A DNA stretch of 64,000 nt from Tubiluchus corallicola (GCA_030141605.1 JAQGDQ010000466.1:62001-126000); one strand, 5' to 3'. Counted from the stretch's first letter, positions 1 to 13,209 are shown. Notes: a model not told the origin generated them from the letters alone. Made by a program: numbers and translations.

Positions 1-16
1 TATTACTTCGGGACAT

Positions 17-230
17 TGGGTTTTACCCCCCTTTGAACTGGTGTTTGGCCACCGTGTTCGTTAAAGAACAATGGCATCAGGAACAGTAGCCAGAAAGCAA
101 TCTGCTAGATTATGTACGCAGCTTTAAAGAAACACTTTACAGGGCGTGTGAATTAGCCAATGAGAACTTGAAAACGTACGACAAGCATGCTCAATGTAGC
201 TCATTCACAGTAGGTGATAAAGTACTCATT
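17..230 (+). mobile_element. Decayed Gypsy/Ty3 (Gmr1-type) integrase C-terminal fragment
   Basis: Manual translation through a frameshift and a stop gives LGFTP/FELVFGHRVR..KEQWHQEQ*PESNLLDYVRSFKETLYRACELANENLKTYDKHAQCSSFTVGDKVLI. This matches the G(F/Y)xPFELVFG...NLLDYV...F.xGDKVL tail that follows the rve core in Gypsy integrases. Confidence 0.75.
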
Positions 231-402
231 TATCAATGTCAACTGCGTTATCCAAAAATGACATCATAACCCTGTTGATACCCGACTACCGATTTCCGAT
301 ACCAACAATACCAAGGGATTCTTGCTATGCCTACAGACACAACAATTTATACATATTAACAATAAACCATTCAAACACGACGTATATAAACACCTCCTGA
401 AA

Positions 403-1529
403 CTAGTTTGTCCCTAAAACTATCTTAACATTTGGGTGCTGATTGTAGCCTGCAGTTCTTAAGTATTCATTACACTCTGTGTTGATAACATGTAAATCCG
501 CTGCACTCAAATCTGACGACCAGCTCTCGGAGCGCAGTTTCATCTCAGAGTTAGCAACCTCATTTCTCTCTCTCATTTCATAATCTAACCAAACTTTCAG
601 CTGATCTGTTTCTTGGAGACCTGTAAATAGTAGCAGCTTTTTTCCCATGCCAACAGGATCCCTGTCTAGTTCCTCATAGCGTAGCAGCATGTACTGTTTG
701 GGATATTTCCTAGCAATTACTTTGGTTGTTTCCAACTCTTCTACCATATATCTGCACAAATCTGAAACGTCTGAAATAAGTTTTGTATTGCCTTCTTTTG
801 CATGACGAAGCCATCCCCGAGGGTCACGGATGAGGTGTATGACTCTGACATCTATCAGTGGGTCATTAAATAAAGGAACCACGTCTATTAGTCTGGCACG
901 TATGGTTTTAATCGCCACGTGTTTGTACATCTTGCACAATTCTTTATATTTTGTGTGATTTGTCACCAAGCCTTTTGCAACCGGTCTCAAACAGACGTTC
1001 AAACGTCCGAGTTTTTTCTTCCCTTTCGTTCCACGAGGAGACAATGGGCCTGTCAGGTGACAGTATCTCTCTGCATGATTAACATTGATAAGAGAAAGTT
1101 GCATTAGAGCCAGCGCCTGTTTGTAATGCAGTGGCAGTGGCCAGAAACCATTAGGTTTACACTGTACAGCATCAGCGAATATCATAGACTTCACTTTACT
1201 CAAAACTGATGCATTAGTTTTTGCTTGATCTATCAGGTCTTTCATGTCTCCACCTGTTTTTCTTGCCATTTTGTCTAACCAGTTAAAATCTGGTGCTAAT
1301 GTCCTCACATTGAACCCTGCGTGTAGAGGCTCGTATATGTAAGACACGTCGCCATGGTTATTAAAGAAGCTGCCGGTAAATGTTGATCCGGAGTGAAATC
1401 GACTTAGCACAATTATTCCCTTCTTTCTAGATGTCAGGTGATCTGAGAGACTCAACTGACCTAGTTCCAAGTGGTCTTTTTTATGATTGTTCTCTTCTAA
1501 CAAAAGGCCTCCTGCTTTTCTAGCAATAT
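403..1529 (-). CDS. Carbohydrate (GlcNAc/Gal-6-O, CHST1/3/4/5/6-like) sulfotransferase, catalytic exon (coding exon 2)
   Basis: Open 382-aa ORF with 5'-PSB-like IIVLSRFHSGSTFTGSFFNNHGDVSYIYEPL, VAIKTIR, 3'-PB-like VIHLIRDPRG, YMLLRYEEL..DP and terminal W...L....I...C...L...GY. The ORF's TTG start is not real: a pyrimidine-rich acceptor ttactttgcAG ends at 1530 (phase 1). Stop TAG at 405-403. Confidence 0.9.
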
Positions 1530-2227
1530 CTGCAAAGTAAAGTCCAGACAACTTTAAACAGGCTTGCCTGCTGCTTCATAGACCGTAATATTTTTGATGG
1601 GGAATGCTGTTAGAATAAATACTTGTTAAAAAAGTAAAACACCAAAATATTATGACGAATTATCATGTCTAGTTGACAATTTTAGGTTATATAAGGTGAA
1701 CTAAACTAAGAATGAAAAACAGCATAGCAGCTACACCACTAAAACATGTTTATTTATTAACTCGAAATTTCAATTATTTTATGCTCTTACTTTCATGCAT
1801 TTAAAATTTAGAATAAAACAAACAATTGCATTAGGCAGCAACACTAGAATACGTAAAATGATAACAATCAAAGTTAAATTATTTACGTAATGCAGAAATT
1901 ACAGTGGGTGTTTTATCAGGTAGCTCTACTATCCTTATTAAGAAAACAGCTGATAATAACTATTTTAGCAAATAAATATAAGCACGTAAATTTGTGCATT
2001 GATATGAAAAAATAATAATCTCTTTATTTCTTATTACCATTTTTGCTAATGTGTTGGACAGAACTCGTCAGGAATTACTTGTGGTGTATAAATTGATTAC
2101 TTGAACCACTCAATGTGCACTAAACTAAAAGTGTTTTACATGTTTTTATAAGCACGGAATTTAGTTCACAAGAAACAATTTTTCTGTTGGTAACAAAAAA
2201 TAAAATAATTAATAACTTTCAGCTTAC

Positions 2228-2375
2228 AATTATTAGAAATATTTTCCGTTATTTCTGCTGGAAAATCGTAGTACTTGTACACATACAAAGCAAGCGAACA
2301 GTAGAACAATCCGATGGCAACTCTCACAGTATAATGTTGAGCTTTAGACATTGACATGACTTGAACATTCTTCAT
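2228..2375 (-). CDS. Predicted coding exon 1 of the sulfotransferase (short cytoplasmic tail plus type II signal anchor)
   Basis: MKNVQVMSMSKAQHYTVRVAIGLFYCSLALYVYKYYDFPAEITENISNN contains a hydrophobic stretch and ends at a T|GTAAGC donor (2227), phase 1, matching the phase-1 acceptor at 1530. In-frame ATGs at 2375, 2357 and 2351; which is used is unknown. Confidence 0.7.
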
Positions 2376-3089
2376 CAATGGCAAATTTGAGCAAAATTGT
2401 ACGCACTCCGCAGTCTACATTTACGAACTAAACAATATTCTTATGAAAATGTGCTAATCACAAAACAAAGAATGAATGACACATATTCCTCTCATTTACG
2501 GTTATTAAACTCAAGATGGTAGCTTCCGACTGCATCAAAAACTGCGAGACTTTCTGCGTTCAAAAGTAAGTGAATCAGAAATGGTACACTGTAAATGTTT
2601 GCGCAACGCAAAATCCTATAAAAATTTTAACCATATAATAAGAAAATTGTTGAATGCAAACTGATAGACAGTTGGTACAGCAAGAGTACAGCAAACCTTA
2701 CATTAAGAGTAAGCGAAATAAATTTATTTTACAAAATACAAAAATCGAACAGCAGGAAGAAAATAGTAACAGCAAAAATTTTTAGCAAAAAAAAACAATC
2801 ATATTTAACACAAACAGTAGAGATTAAGAAGAACACAATGAGTTTAGAAAAAACGATGGTGGTTAGATTAAGTGTTACGCCTATAAATAGAAATTAATAC
2901 GCAATAATCACTGAAGTAAGGTTGTAATAATACATCTGCTTGGGTAAGACCACGATTTGATAAGAATAAAAAGATAATATAAAACACATATAAAAATGCA
3001 ATAAAAATGGGTTTTGTTGGCATTTATTTTCTTCCCAGAAATTTACTAAAACAGTTGTTAGAAGGTGTGCAGCCATTGCTATTATTTCT

Positions 3090-3400
3090 CCACTTTCATT
3101 TTTGGTTAGTGTACATACACTGGAAGGTGAAAATATTTTACGTAAACATGTGGGTCTGGTTAGAGTAAGGCAGAGACATGGTGCACTCTCACACATGCTG
3201 GAGCAGTGAGTGTAGCAATGCATTTAAGGAAACAATGTTACACATGAGAGCTTATGGGTAAGAGTGATTGACAAAACTATAGTGCAGCATGCGTGTATAG
3301 CAATGGCGGACGGTCCAACTGGGTGAATAGCTTTGATTAATATCAGTCAGCCATCTAGTGTGCAAAATCATAACTAACGCAGCAACTACAATATGTTACC
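3090..3400. repeat. Dispersed repeat, second copy at ~9100-9390
   Basis: Shared ggcagagacatggtgcactctcacacatgct.g.gcagtgagtgtagc and flanks; explains the near-identical spurious ORFs 2894-3223 and 9120-9356. Confidence 0.85.
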
Positions 3401-3949
3401 ATAAAAAGTCAACATGTTACCATTACAAGACAACAAGTTAGCCAATTGTCTTACAAATGGTACAAAATTAATTTTTATACAATTAATGGCACAACAAATT
3501 TTTATTTTAAAGACTTTTGCCCACAATCATTTACATACAATAAGAAAATTGTAGAACGCAATCTGGTACACAATCAACACAGCATGGTTCTAGCCCTATG
3601 TCACAATGAATAAAGAGTAAATGAAACAAACTCTTTCTGTGTGTAAGCTCAAACCAATGTTAACAAAAACGGTATAACAGCTTTGATTTAGTATTACGCA
3701 TTTAAAATCAAAATTAATTCACAATCTTTGAAGTAAGATTTGTAATGGTATAACTGATTGGGAAATGCCACGTTTTGATAAGATTAAAAGGATTTATGAT
3801 CAGAATAATTGAATTAGATTTTTTTATTTGAAAGCATTTTAAAAGCATTTCAAAGCAATGTTAAAATATTTCTATTTAAAACACAGAGAAGAAATGTTTC
3901 TGTACTTTTATCGTCATAATATAGACAATAAGAGATTACGTACAATAAT

Positions 3950-4100
3950 ACCTGTTTGAACAAGGAAACTTTAAGTGTTCAATCACATGGGCAAACATGG
4001 CTCCATATGAAAGGGTAATTCTCTAAAGTGATTTGTTTGCTGAAGACAAAAATTGTCCCTCTAATATCAAACTCCAGGCGCCAATCCTGTTATTATCAAA
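3950..4100 (-). repeat. Inverted copy of the repeat module at ~32670-32800
   Basis: aaagtgatttgtttgctgaagacaaaaattgtccctct is the near reverse complement of agagggacaatttctgtcttcagcaaacaaatcacttt (32692-32730), with matching flanks. Confidence 0.75.
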
Positions 4101-6689
4101 TCTCGGAAAATAGGCTTTTTATTTTATGTGTAAAATTTGTTCTTTTCTATTGGCCTACGTCAGGTGGCTCAAGAACTAAGATGTTACCTCTTTCTGCTCT
4201 TTGAGGGCAAATAATGAGAAACTCCAGTTGTGATGATGATAACTGTGTCAGTTTTACTGCGCTAAATTTATATTACACTAAAGACCTAGCAGGTTTATGA
4301 ATTAACCAAATATGTGTTACTGGGTAATAATATATTAACCAAATATGACATTCTACTAACTGAGTAGAATGACCAACTGCCAATCGTGGTGCCCCTGGTA
4401 GTGCAAACCCAACATGCAGGTCAAGTTCTTGTAGCTATATGAATGATGTGTGAAGATTGCAAAGTTCCACCACCGTACTATTGTTTTTATGCTATACTGT
4501 TTTTGAATAGCTTATCAAATCTTGTGATATAATAGACAAATGGTGTTCACCGTTTAATTCTGAGGCATTCACTTCATCTTCATTTGCTCGATCTTGTAAA
4601 CTTTCATTTTCATCAAATTCAACCACGTGTACAGCTCATGTTCCTGCCACCCAGAATGTCCGCAAACTTTAATACGAAATTTCTTTAGCAAATCGTTTCA
4701 AAAATCACTTTACAGAGTTGCCGGCTGCAATTAATTTTGTTGTTTGGACCACTTCTTAGTTGGTAAGGTAAACATATGGTGCTGCCAGAAAGAAATACAC
4801 TGCTATGTTATCTCAAAAATTTTGACTATATAGTAGACCGAGCAGGTAATTAATTACACTTCATCAGGTAGTACCTGGCACTCGGGCTTTGTAAAAAAGC
4901 ACGAACAATACTTTTCAACAAAACCAAGGTATTGTTGCATAACATATTGAAAGATATTTAATCACGACTAGTTTAATGATTTTTTGTTGTATGTGTCAGT
5001 ATGTGAGCAAATGTGAGCGAATACAGCTGAGGTATTTTTTTACCCAACCTTTATTGGTTAAAGGCTACACTATTAGATTACTATAGGATCTTTTAGTTAT
5101 AAATTCTATTTTTTTCATTAAAGGCTGCTTATATGGACTAGCTTTTTAATATAGATCTAATTGTAGATTTCTTTAGAATGCCTTTCATTTCTGGTCATTT
5201 TTTATTAATTTACTGAAATGAACAAAACTTTAATAATAAATGCAATTATTGTGTTCATTTTGCATCAGTTAGCCATATTAGCATCCATGACAAAGTTGCA
5301 GGTAAAAAAACACCTACTCTACTACTCTCCTGGCGCCGCTCTCATAATGAATGGCTTTGTCTGCTCATGACGTCACCTAATTGAATAACGAATCTATGTA
5401 TGTGAACCGATTTAATCAGCTCCCTCTATCTTTAGTTCGTCACAGTAACAAGTTGCAATTTGCTTTGAAATGTCATGTGACATTTCAGGTTTTTATTTTG
5501 GGGAAATCCTGCTGAAGCTTCCCTTTTCAGGTCTCCACCACAGCCAATTTTTCACCCGCATTGTTTTTTACCAAATTTTTGTTTTTGAATTCCACATAAT
5601 TCCAAAAATTTACATTTTCCTGTTGTTATTCTACTCTTTTATCTGGGTCTATCGGTAACATAATCGGTAACTTTTAGCAGAATCAAAGAGAAACGTAAAA
5701 CTGCAGGTTTTTCAAGATGTACCATGCTTCCCAAAAGAGAACGTAATGAAACAGAGAAACAGATGCGTTACATAAAAAACATGAATATTAATAACAAAAA
5801 TGAAACTTGAAGGTCTGTCAATCAATTATTTCTATCTGCAGCTAATCTAAATATTTTAAATAGCGATGTAAGTATCTAGGCGTGACATTTTTCAAGTCAT
5901 TTGCATCTTTTGTACCAAGCATATTATTTGTCTTGCAATCTTGCTAATGGCAAATATGAATAAGGGACGGAATGTGTTGATGTGTGTTCTTGTATTTTTC
6001 AGAACATTATGCATTATTGTAAGATTCTGAAGTGAAATTCAACTTCTGATATCGATTTTAAGTGTAAAATTCATGATGTTTTCTCGAAAATGTGAAAACC
6101 CCAGTTTCTGCTTTTTTTCCACGAGTAGGAAATTTTAGTCTATTTTGTGAATATGTGAGCTGGTTATTTTTCCTGTGAATAAATTGGGCTGCATGTCGGA
6201 TCAGTAAAATCAATGCAAGATTTTTTGTGCTGTTCGTTTGTTTATACTTTTCTTTATTGTGCAATTGCAATTATATTAAGTGACATTTATTGACACTTGT
6301 TTTCTAAATTTCATCAATAAACTTATATTGGTTTTATTGCAAAATCCCTATAAAATGGTTGTTTTGTGTGATTGTACTTAACCGTTATTACTGATGTGCT
6401 AAAGTGGTTAATGTGGAAAATTGCCACGCTAATGTTCTTCGTTAGAATTTTTATAAATTCACTATCGTAGACAGAAACTTGTAAAAATATTATTGTATAC
6501 AAATTTATTGCATTGTCACGCTCGCTTGTAAAATTTTCTACTTGAACCAAAAAATTGTTTGCTGAATTCCAAAATTATGCTTGTACGAATCACAATATTC
6601 AAACTGCTGATTACAAACTGATTACATTTTTTCTCCAATAGCGTCCTCTCGTTTACATTCTAAAGACAAAATCAAAAACAAAAACAATA

Positions 6690-7070
6690 TGGAGTGGCGT
6701 AGTGTGTTGTGTAGTGGACTTGATGAGGGTAGTGTGGTGCGGTATGGTTTGTCCTTGTGGGTTTTTTGTCATGTGCAAATTTTCTGGTGGTGATTGATTA
6801 GTCTATCATTAATTTAATGTAGCTTCTTATTGTAAAGGTGTCGATCCTGTATGGTCTCATTAATGGTTTATTTTTCCAATCGGGTTCAGCTGGGGGCGGG
6901 GGGAAGCCTTTTACCCCATTTTTTCGCAAAATTAATACATTTTATTTTTAGAGATCGGGAACGGCCCTGTTTGGTTTGATAGGCCGTTCAACATATTTGA
7001 GGGGAATGCTTTTGCGGGCATTTTCAGGTGCACAACTTCCGATTTTTGGGAAACTTGTAGGAAATAAAGT
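6690..7070 (+). repeat. GT-rich tract plus 'E' module, copy 1 (related to 17813, 25920 and 36190)
   Basis: atgtgcaaatttt...gattagtctatcattaattt and tttttagagatcgggaacgg...gatagg.cgttca resemble 36190-36500. Confidence 0.6.
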
Positions 7071-7659
7071 GTAGTAAAAACATTCTAGGGGCATCTGTAA
7101 GGAGATATATGGATCTTTCGTTATAAATGGAATGGGTTATATCATGATGTGACCCACTTTTATACTAGCCTCCACCAGTAAGAGCTAAGACTAGTTGATT
7201 GGAAGCCATTGTTGTGACGTCATTTCACTTCACTCCGCCTATAATTTTGCTTCAACAGAAGCTGCTGCAGGCTGCTATAATGGAAATCCCCTAGGATCCT
7301 TCATATCAGTCCTTTAAGTTCAAAAGGAACAGTTTGCAAACGCAGTTTAATACATAGAATACCTATGCATTATATTCTTCATTGGTGGATTGGATCTAAT
7401 GGCATTGATACAGCATACAGTTTCAACCTTGGTCAAATTGTTTTGCTATGCAACTGGGCTGTCCATGTTGGTGTTGTAGGTGTCATCATCGTCATCATCA
7501 TTAATCTATATACAATATGTGTGCTTGCATAGATAAATAGAATAACTTTGTAGAAAGTGTTCAACATGTCAAACTGATCCACTGCCCGCATGTGCATGTT
7601 GTACTCTTTTACAATTGCAGGGCAATCTACATAAACTTTTTGTTTTTGCTTTGAGAAAG

Positions 7660-7695
7660 TGAGAAAGAAAGAGAGAAAGATAGAGAGATGGAGAC

Positions 7696-7787
<92 letters not shown>

Positions 7788-7802
7788 ATTATTATTATTA
7801 TA
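7660..7802. repeat. Compound microsatellite (GATA)n(GA)n(TTA)n
   Basis: Directly visible. Confidence 0.97.
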
Positions 7803-8451
7803 ACTCTTTCATTAACCTCTTTTTGCAGGTATACAAGGAATCATTTCAATCCATCCATCATTACATCCAAGGAAATACAATTATACATTAAGACACAGGT
7901 AACAAAAGTACAACTAGTCACACAAAAAGACGTATTTACGTTACGCTTACTCTGCATTGTTATAGTTATAACAAAATATATAAATTTATTAATCTTACTG
8001 TTTTTTCACACTGTAAAATATACTTCACTTTTTTCACTTCTTGGGTGGCTGATTTCCTCAAGAATGTAATAACATAGAAAAATATTTTTGTTCACTGCTA
8101 GTTTAGAGGAAACTATTAAACCTTTTACAACAATATTTTACGAAAATTTCTTCCCCGCATTTTCAGAAATACCTGGTTAACACAGTTTTATATGTAACGG
8201 TATCAACAGATTTGGCAAAATGTTAATTTTTCACTGAAAATCGAAAATGTCCGAAAATCTTTCTCGGTCATAGGGCATTCGGCTCATTCAATTTTTCTTA
8301 CTTAACACTTTCCCTGGCGTCATTCCCCGGAGGGTAATTTACAGAAGTTGTTAAAATGAGGGAAAATATTTTTCTTTGCTTCAGAACCACTCTCAGCAAT
8401 TATCCCAGCTCAAAGTCAACAACAAAACTTGAATCTTAGAATTCCACATGT

Positions 8452-8612
8452 AAAGAGCCTTTTGTTCACGTGGCTGAGCACTTAAAACTTTCTCCGTCTT
8501 ATAAAGAGCCTTTTGTTCAGGTGGCTGAGCATTTAAAACTTTCTCCATCTTACAAAGAGTCTTTTGTTCAGGTGGCTGAGCACTTAAAACATTCTCAATC
8601 TTATCCAAACAG
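8452..8612. repeat. ~51-bp tandem repeat, three copies
   Basis: aaagagccttttgttca(c/g)gtggctgagca(c/t)ttaaaactttctcc.tctta occurs three times; single copies lie at ~11127, ~13770 and ~27823. Confidence 0.9.
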
Positions 8613-9099
8613 CAATTATTGTTAGGCAGTCTCACCCTTTATTATCACTTGAAAAGCTTTCAAATCTTAAAAGACATTCCTTTCAATCTTAACAAAACAT
8701 GTTTCCCAGGGGGATATATTATGACAAGCATTACTTCCAACAAGAATAATAGAACACACCTGTGCTTTGATAACAAAGCTTTATTTCCAGCTCTCAAACG
8801 AAACTGCTTTTGATCTTCTGTCGCTAATTAACAAGTTGAGAGGTTTACTTGATAAGTACCAAGGGAGGAAGTAATGCACTACATATACTTGCAGCTAAAT
8901 GGATGGGTGGCTGCTGTGACAATTTCATCTATTGTGTTATTTTTTACAGTACATTGAAACATGAAAACAGAGAATGAGGCAGTTCTACCAGCTCAGCTTT
9001 CTATGAAAATGTCTGCAAAATTTATTCACATCATTGGGGTTTTCTGTAGTACCTTTATACCAAAACAGCGAACATTAGCATGAAAATGGATATTCCTCC

Positions 9100-9390
9100 G
9101 CATTCACTTTTTATTTAGTTTACATGGATGGAGAATATAATTTACCAAAACATGTGGGTCTTGTGTGGCAGAGACATGGTGCACTCTCACACATGCTAGT
9201 GCAGTGAGTGTAGCGATGCGTGCAAGGAATCAAAGATGCACATGAGAGCTCATATGTAAGAGTGATTGACAGCATGCATGACCAGCAGTGGCAGATGCTC
9301 CAATTGGCTGAATAACTTTGGCTAGTATCAGTGAGCCATCTATTGTACAAAATCACAGCTAACGCAACACCTACAATATCGTACCTTGGA
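9100..9390. repeat. Dispersed repeat, copy of ~3090-3400
   Basis: Same orientation; see 3090. Confidence 0.85.
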
Positions 9391-9809
9391 AAAAATAAAA
9401 GTTAACAAACAGTAGTCACTAACAATTACGTAAATGATAGTAGGTAGATTTAGTATTACGCATTTGAAATAAAAATTAATATGCAATCTTTAAGTAAGAT
9501 TTGTAATAATATAACAGCTCCAACGTCAGACTGTCATCTAGTGTTCAAATTTGCACCTAATGCAACAGCTACAATATAACGTAATCGCTGCTTAGACAGA
9601 GCAGATTTTCCATGCAAAGTTCAGAAAATGCACAAGGTCTTGAAGGAGTCAATGTTTAAAATCTGAAGCATGATTGGTTGTTATTATAAATAACCACCAT
9701 GTAACAAAGAAATGTTTGAACATATGTAAGAAACTTGTGTCACAAATTTGAGTACATGGATTATATCTACAATATAGTCGCACTTAGCCTGACCTTGTTT
9801 TTTACAATA

Positions 9810-9813
9810 AAAA

Positions 9814-9849
<36 letters not shown>

Positions 9850-9890
9850 TGACAATGACAATAACAATCACAATAGCAGCAGCTGTGCAC
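9810..9890. repeat. Degenerate (CAA/CAG)n low-complexity tract
   Basis: aacaacaacaacagcagcagcaacaacaacagcagcaatgacaatgac... Confidence 0.9.
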
Positions 9891-10519
9891 AACAAAAATG
9901 GCACAGATAAAATGGCACAGATTGGTTTCTACAATAAAACTAAAATGAGCTTATAGGAAACAGATCTCTGCCAAAGTCAAACAATTCAAAACTTATTCAT
10001 CTGCTTCTTTTGGCTAACACAAAGATGAACAAGCAAACATACAAAAATGTATCTGTATTAATATGATACAGGCTAGCAAAATATTTGTTTGTTAAACAGA
10101 TTTATAAACAGAAATGTGCTGAATAAAAGAGAACAGCTAGGAATATGTGGTACTGGGAAGATTTAACACAGTACTGACAAATGTTGGCAAGCATTTTTGG
10201 TACAAAGTTAAAATGGTACGGAACAGGTTTAGTGCTAAGTACATTTAGTAGTGACAAAGTTAAACTGGTACTAGGAAATATAGTACATAGAACATATGGT
10301 ACAAGGAAAGTATCTTTTATAATCTGCAAGTGTTTGTGAGCCACTTTTGTTGATCAAGATGAAGGCGGAGGCAAGCCAAAGAAAAAGCTAGTTGGCCTTC
10401 ACGAGGTCCATGTATTATAAAGCGTTCAATGCTTCGATATCCTTGTCTATATTTCAGAATATTATTTCTAAGCCTTTTCCCGTCTTTTCCCAGGTGTTAA
10501 GGCGTGATTAATTTACACA

Positions 10520-11753
10520 AAAATTTTATGATGAAGGAATTATATTTCTTTACTTCAAAATATGCAGTAAATTGCTCACCCTTGTTTAAAATCAATAGTG
10601 GAAGTTGAAACAATTTTGCATATTGTTGTGCTAAAAATTTTCAATTATATTTACTGACAGATTGTGGTCGTCAATCATCACTTTTTGTTTCCATATCAGA
10701 TCTGGTTATTTGAATTCACACAATATACACAAGATATACTCAAATGTCTAAAATCTTTTCCTAGCAAATGCCATTAAAATTATTTCAATTTTTGATAACA
10801 GGTTTGATGAATTGTGCCAAAAAAATTTTTCAATAAGTGAAAGTTTGAGTGATGTATCTGTAGTTTCACATTGACTAATTTCCCTTCACAGAAAATGTTG
10901 AATTTTAACAAGAAAAACTAAAATGTCCTAAAATCTTTCCCAATCACAAAACATTCACTATTTCAGTTTGTTCTTTGGCATCCTATATTTTTGAGTGTTA
11001 TACGTTAACTCTTTCCCTCAATTTCACAAGAATTTTAAAACATAGGAAAATATTTTTCTTTGCTCTCAGCAATTTGTCCATGCTCAAGATCAGTAACAGA
11101 ACCCGGATCTTAGAATTCTGCATTTAAAAGGTCTTTTGTTCGCATCGCTGAGAACTTAAAACTTTCTCTGTCTTATCCAAACAGCAATTATTTTTATGCG
11201 GTCTCGCCCTTTAATTTAGTAAAAAGGAAAACTAGTTTCTATCCCTGTGTTTGCGTTCAACATACTTTCTAGAGCTTTCAAATCTGAAAAGGCATTGTAT
11301 TCCTTTCAATCTTAACAAAACATCTTATTGTGTCTCTCCCAGGGCGTTAATATTATTTCAAGCAGCAGAAATAATAGAACACACCCCTGCTTTGCTAAAG
11401 GAAATTCTGAACATAGGCAAACACGCATTTCATCGTCTGTTACTTTTTGAAAATAATGGAATAGCTTGAGAACGCCATGACGTAAAGAATAGATAGCAAT
11501 AACAGTTACGCAGTACCGAAACTTGCAACTAAATGGATGGGTGTGTGCTGTTTCCCCAATGTTAGCTGGTTTGTCCCCGGATAAGGAGAATATGATAAAA
11601 CACCTTTTGTAGTTAATAATCTTGCAAAACCACTTAAAGGGAGAATATCGTGAAAATCAAGTTAAACATGTTTTAGGGTTGCCTAACCTGTGAACAACTT
11701 GAAGAATTTTTTTAGCCAAGTAACAGTTTTGCATCTCATATCTCACGAGAAAC
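10520..11753 (+). repeat. ~1.2 kb direct repeat, copy 1
   Basis: Colinear and highly similar to 13210-14464, from tcaattatatttactgacagattgt through ttttagccaagtaacagttttg.atct.atatctc. Confidence 0.92.
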
Positions 11754-11784
11754 TAAACAATCAACCATTCATGAGAAATATCAA

Positions 11785-12202
11785 CCATGTGATGTTGTGG
11801 ATTTGATGTGGCTTGGTGTAATGTGATCTGGCTGGGGTGGTGTGGGTGACATAGTGTGAATAATGTGGTGGGGTGTGTGTTGGGTGGTGTAGAGTGGTTA
11901 CAGTTGATGCAGCATTTTGAGTGTGGTGTGCTGTGGTGTGCATGGTGTGATGTCAAGGTATGTTGTAATGTGGATGTGTGATGTGGATGGTGTGTTGTGA
12001 GTCGGACCTTGGGTAGTTGTGTAGTGTGGTCTGGGGGGTGTGGTGTAGTATTGATGATGTAGTGTGGATAGTGTGGATGGGTGTAGGTGGTTTGGTGTAG
12101 AGCGGTGAGTGGTATGTGGTGTGCAATGGTGTGAGTGGCAAGGTGTTGTGTTGCAGTATTGTGTGGGAGGTGTGGGGCAGTGTGGGTGGTGTGTTGTGAG
12201 TG
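11785..12202. repeat. GT-rich (GTG/GTGT) low-complexity tract
   Basis: Strand-asymmetric G/T sequence; source of the His/Thr/Pro-rich ORFs. Confidence 0.92.
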
Positions 12203-12517
12203 TTTCAAATTCGAACCGAATTCGAATTGAGATTGAAAGATTTTCGAACAAGTATTCGAACCAACAGTAAAAATTAATCTTACAAATATCATGCATATCA
12301 CTAGATTTTGTTCTGCAATAAACAACTTGTAGTTTGTTTAAAATTGTGCATGCAAATCACAAAAGAGTTATGCTAATTGCATGATGTTTCAATCGTTTTA
12401 ATGATAAAGAACATATGTGATTGATTTGTTGAATTATTCGAATCTATAGTTTTAGGTTCGAATCGAGATCGAACTAAAAAACTCGTTCGAATTCGAATGT
12501 TCGATGTTCACCCATAG
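12203..12517. mobile_element. Possible MITE-like element with TTCGAA-rich ends
   Basis: Clusters of palindromic ttcgaa/gaattc motifs at both ends (12209-12262 and 12437-12505) around an AT-rich core; no clean TIR/TSD pair found. Confidence 0.35.
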
Positions 12518-13209
12518 TACACACACCCTCGCAGACCTTGGCAAATTATTTCCCGAATTTTTTACCACACACCCTAAATTTTGCAAAAAAATAAATGGCA
12601 ATAAATCATTGACCTCCTCTATCCACCATTCTTCAAAAAGATTTACACATTAGACAAAAAAAACAAACAAAACAAACAAACTGTGTTGAAGCACAACTTC
12701 CAAGGCAGAGTTGAAAACTAAAATTATTATCACCCACTATAACCCTAACCCAAACCACATACTGAGTTTACTGAGATTTTTACCTGTGTTATTTTTTACC
12801 TACTTTTCCAATTTGAGTTATATTTCCTATGCCATTTCTCATGTGCCATTTTACCTAACCAGTTTTCTATGCCATTTTTTTCTGAGCCATTTTCCTGCTG
12901 CATTTTTGTTGCCACCTCATGATAACATATTTTGTATTTTTAAAGATTTTCAACAGTTCACAACATTCAGGAAAGTATTCGTCCATGTTTAAATCCATTG
13001 CAGTGCTTGTGAGATAACCTTCAAACAATTTGCAAATTTGTTTCAATTACATTTAATGATAGCTTGACAGCTTAATAAACATTAATGCAATATTAGCATT
13101 TGGCAATCTACGGTGACAACATGAAAGCTTTAGTGAAAAACTAGGAAAGCATTTTTGGGACAGACAGCGTTTTTGTTAATTTGACGGCTCAGCTCATGTT
13201 ATCTGATTA

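Noticed and set aside
11753-12325. His/Thr/Pro-rich ORFs (also 35776-36165)
   Set aside because: Translations of GT-rich low-complexity tracts, open in several frames.
12738-12757. aaccctaacccaaacc as telomeric repeat
   Set aside because: Only about two imperfect units; a common motif inside invertebrate interspersed repeats.
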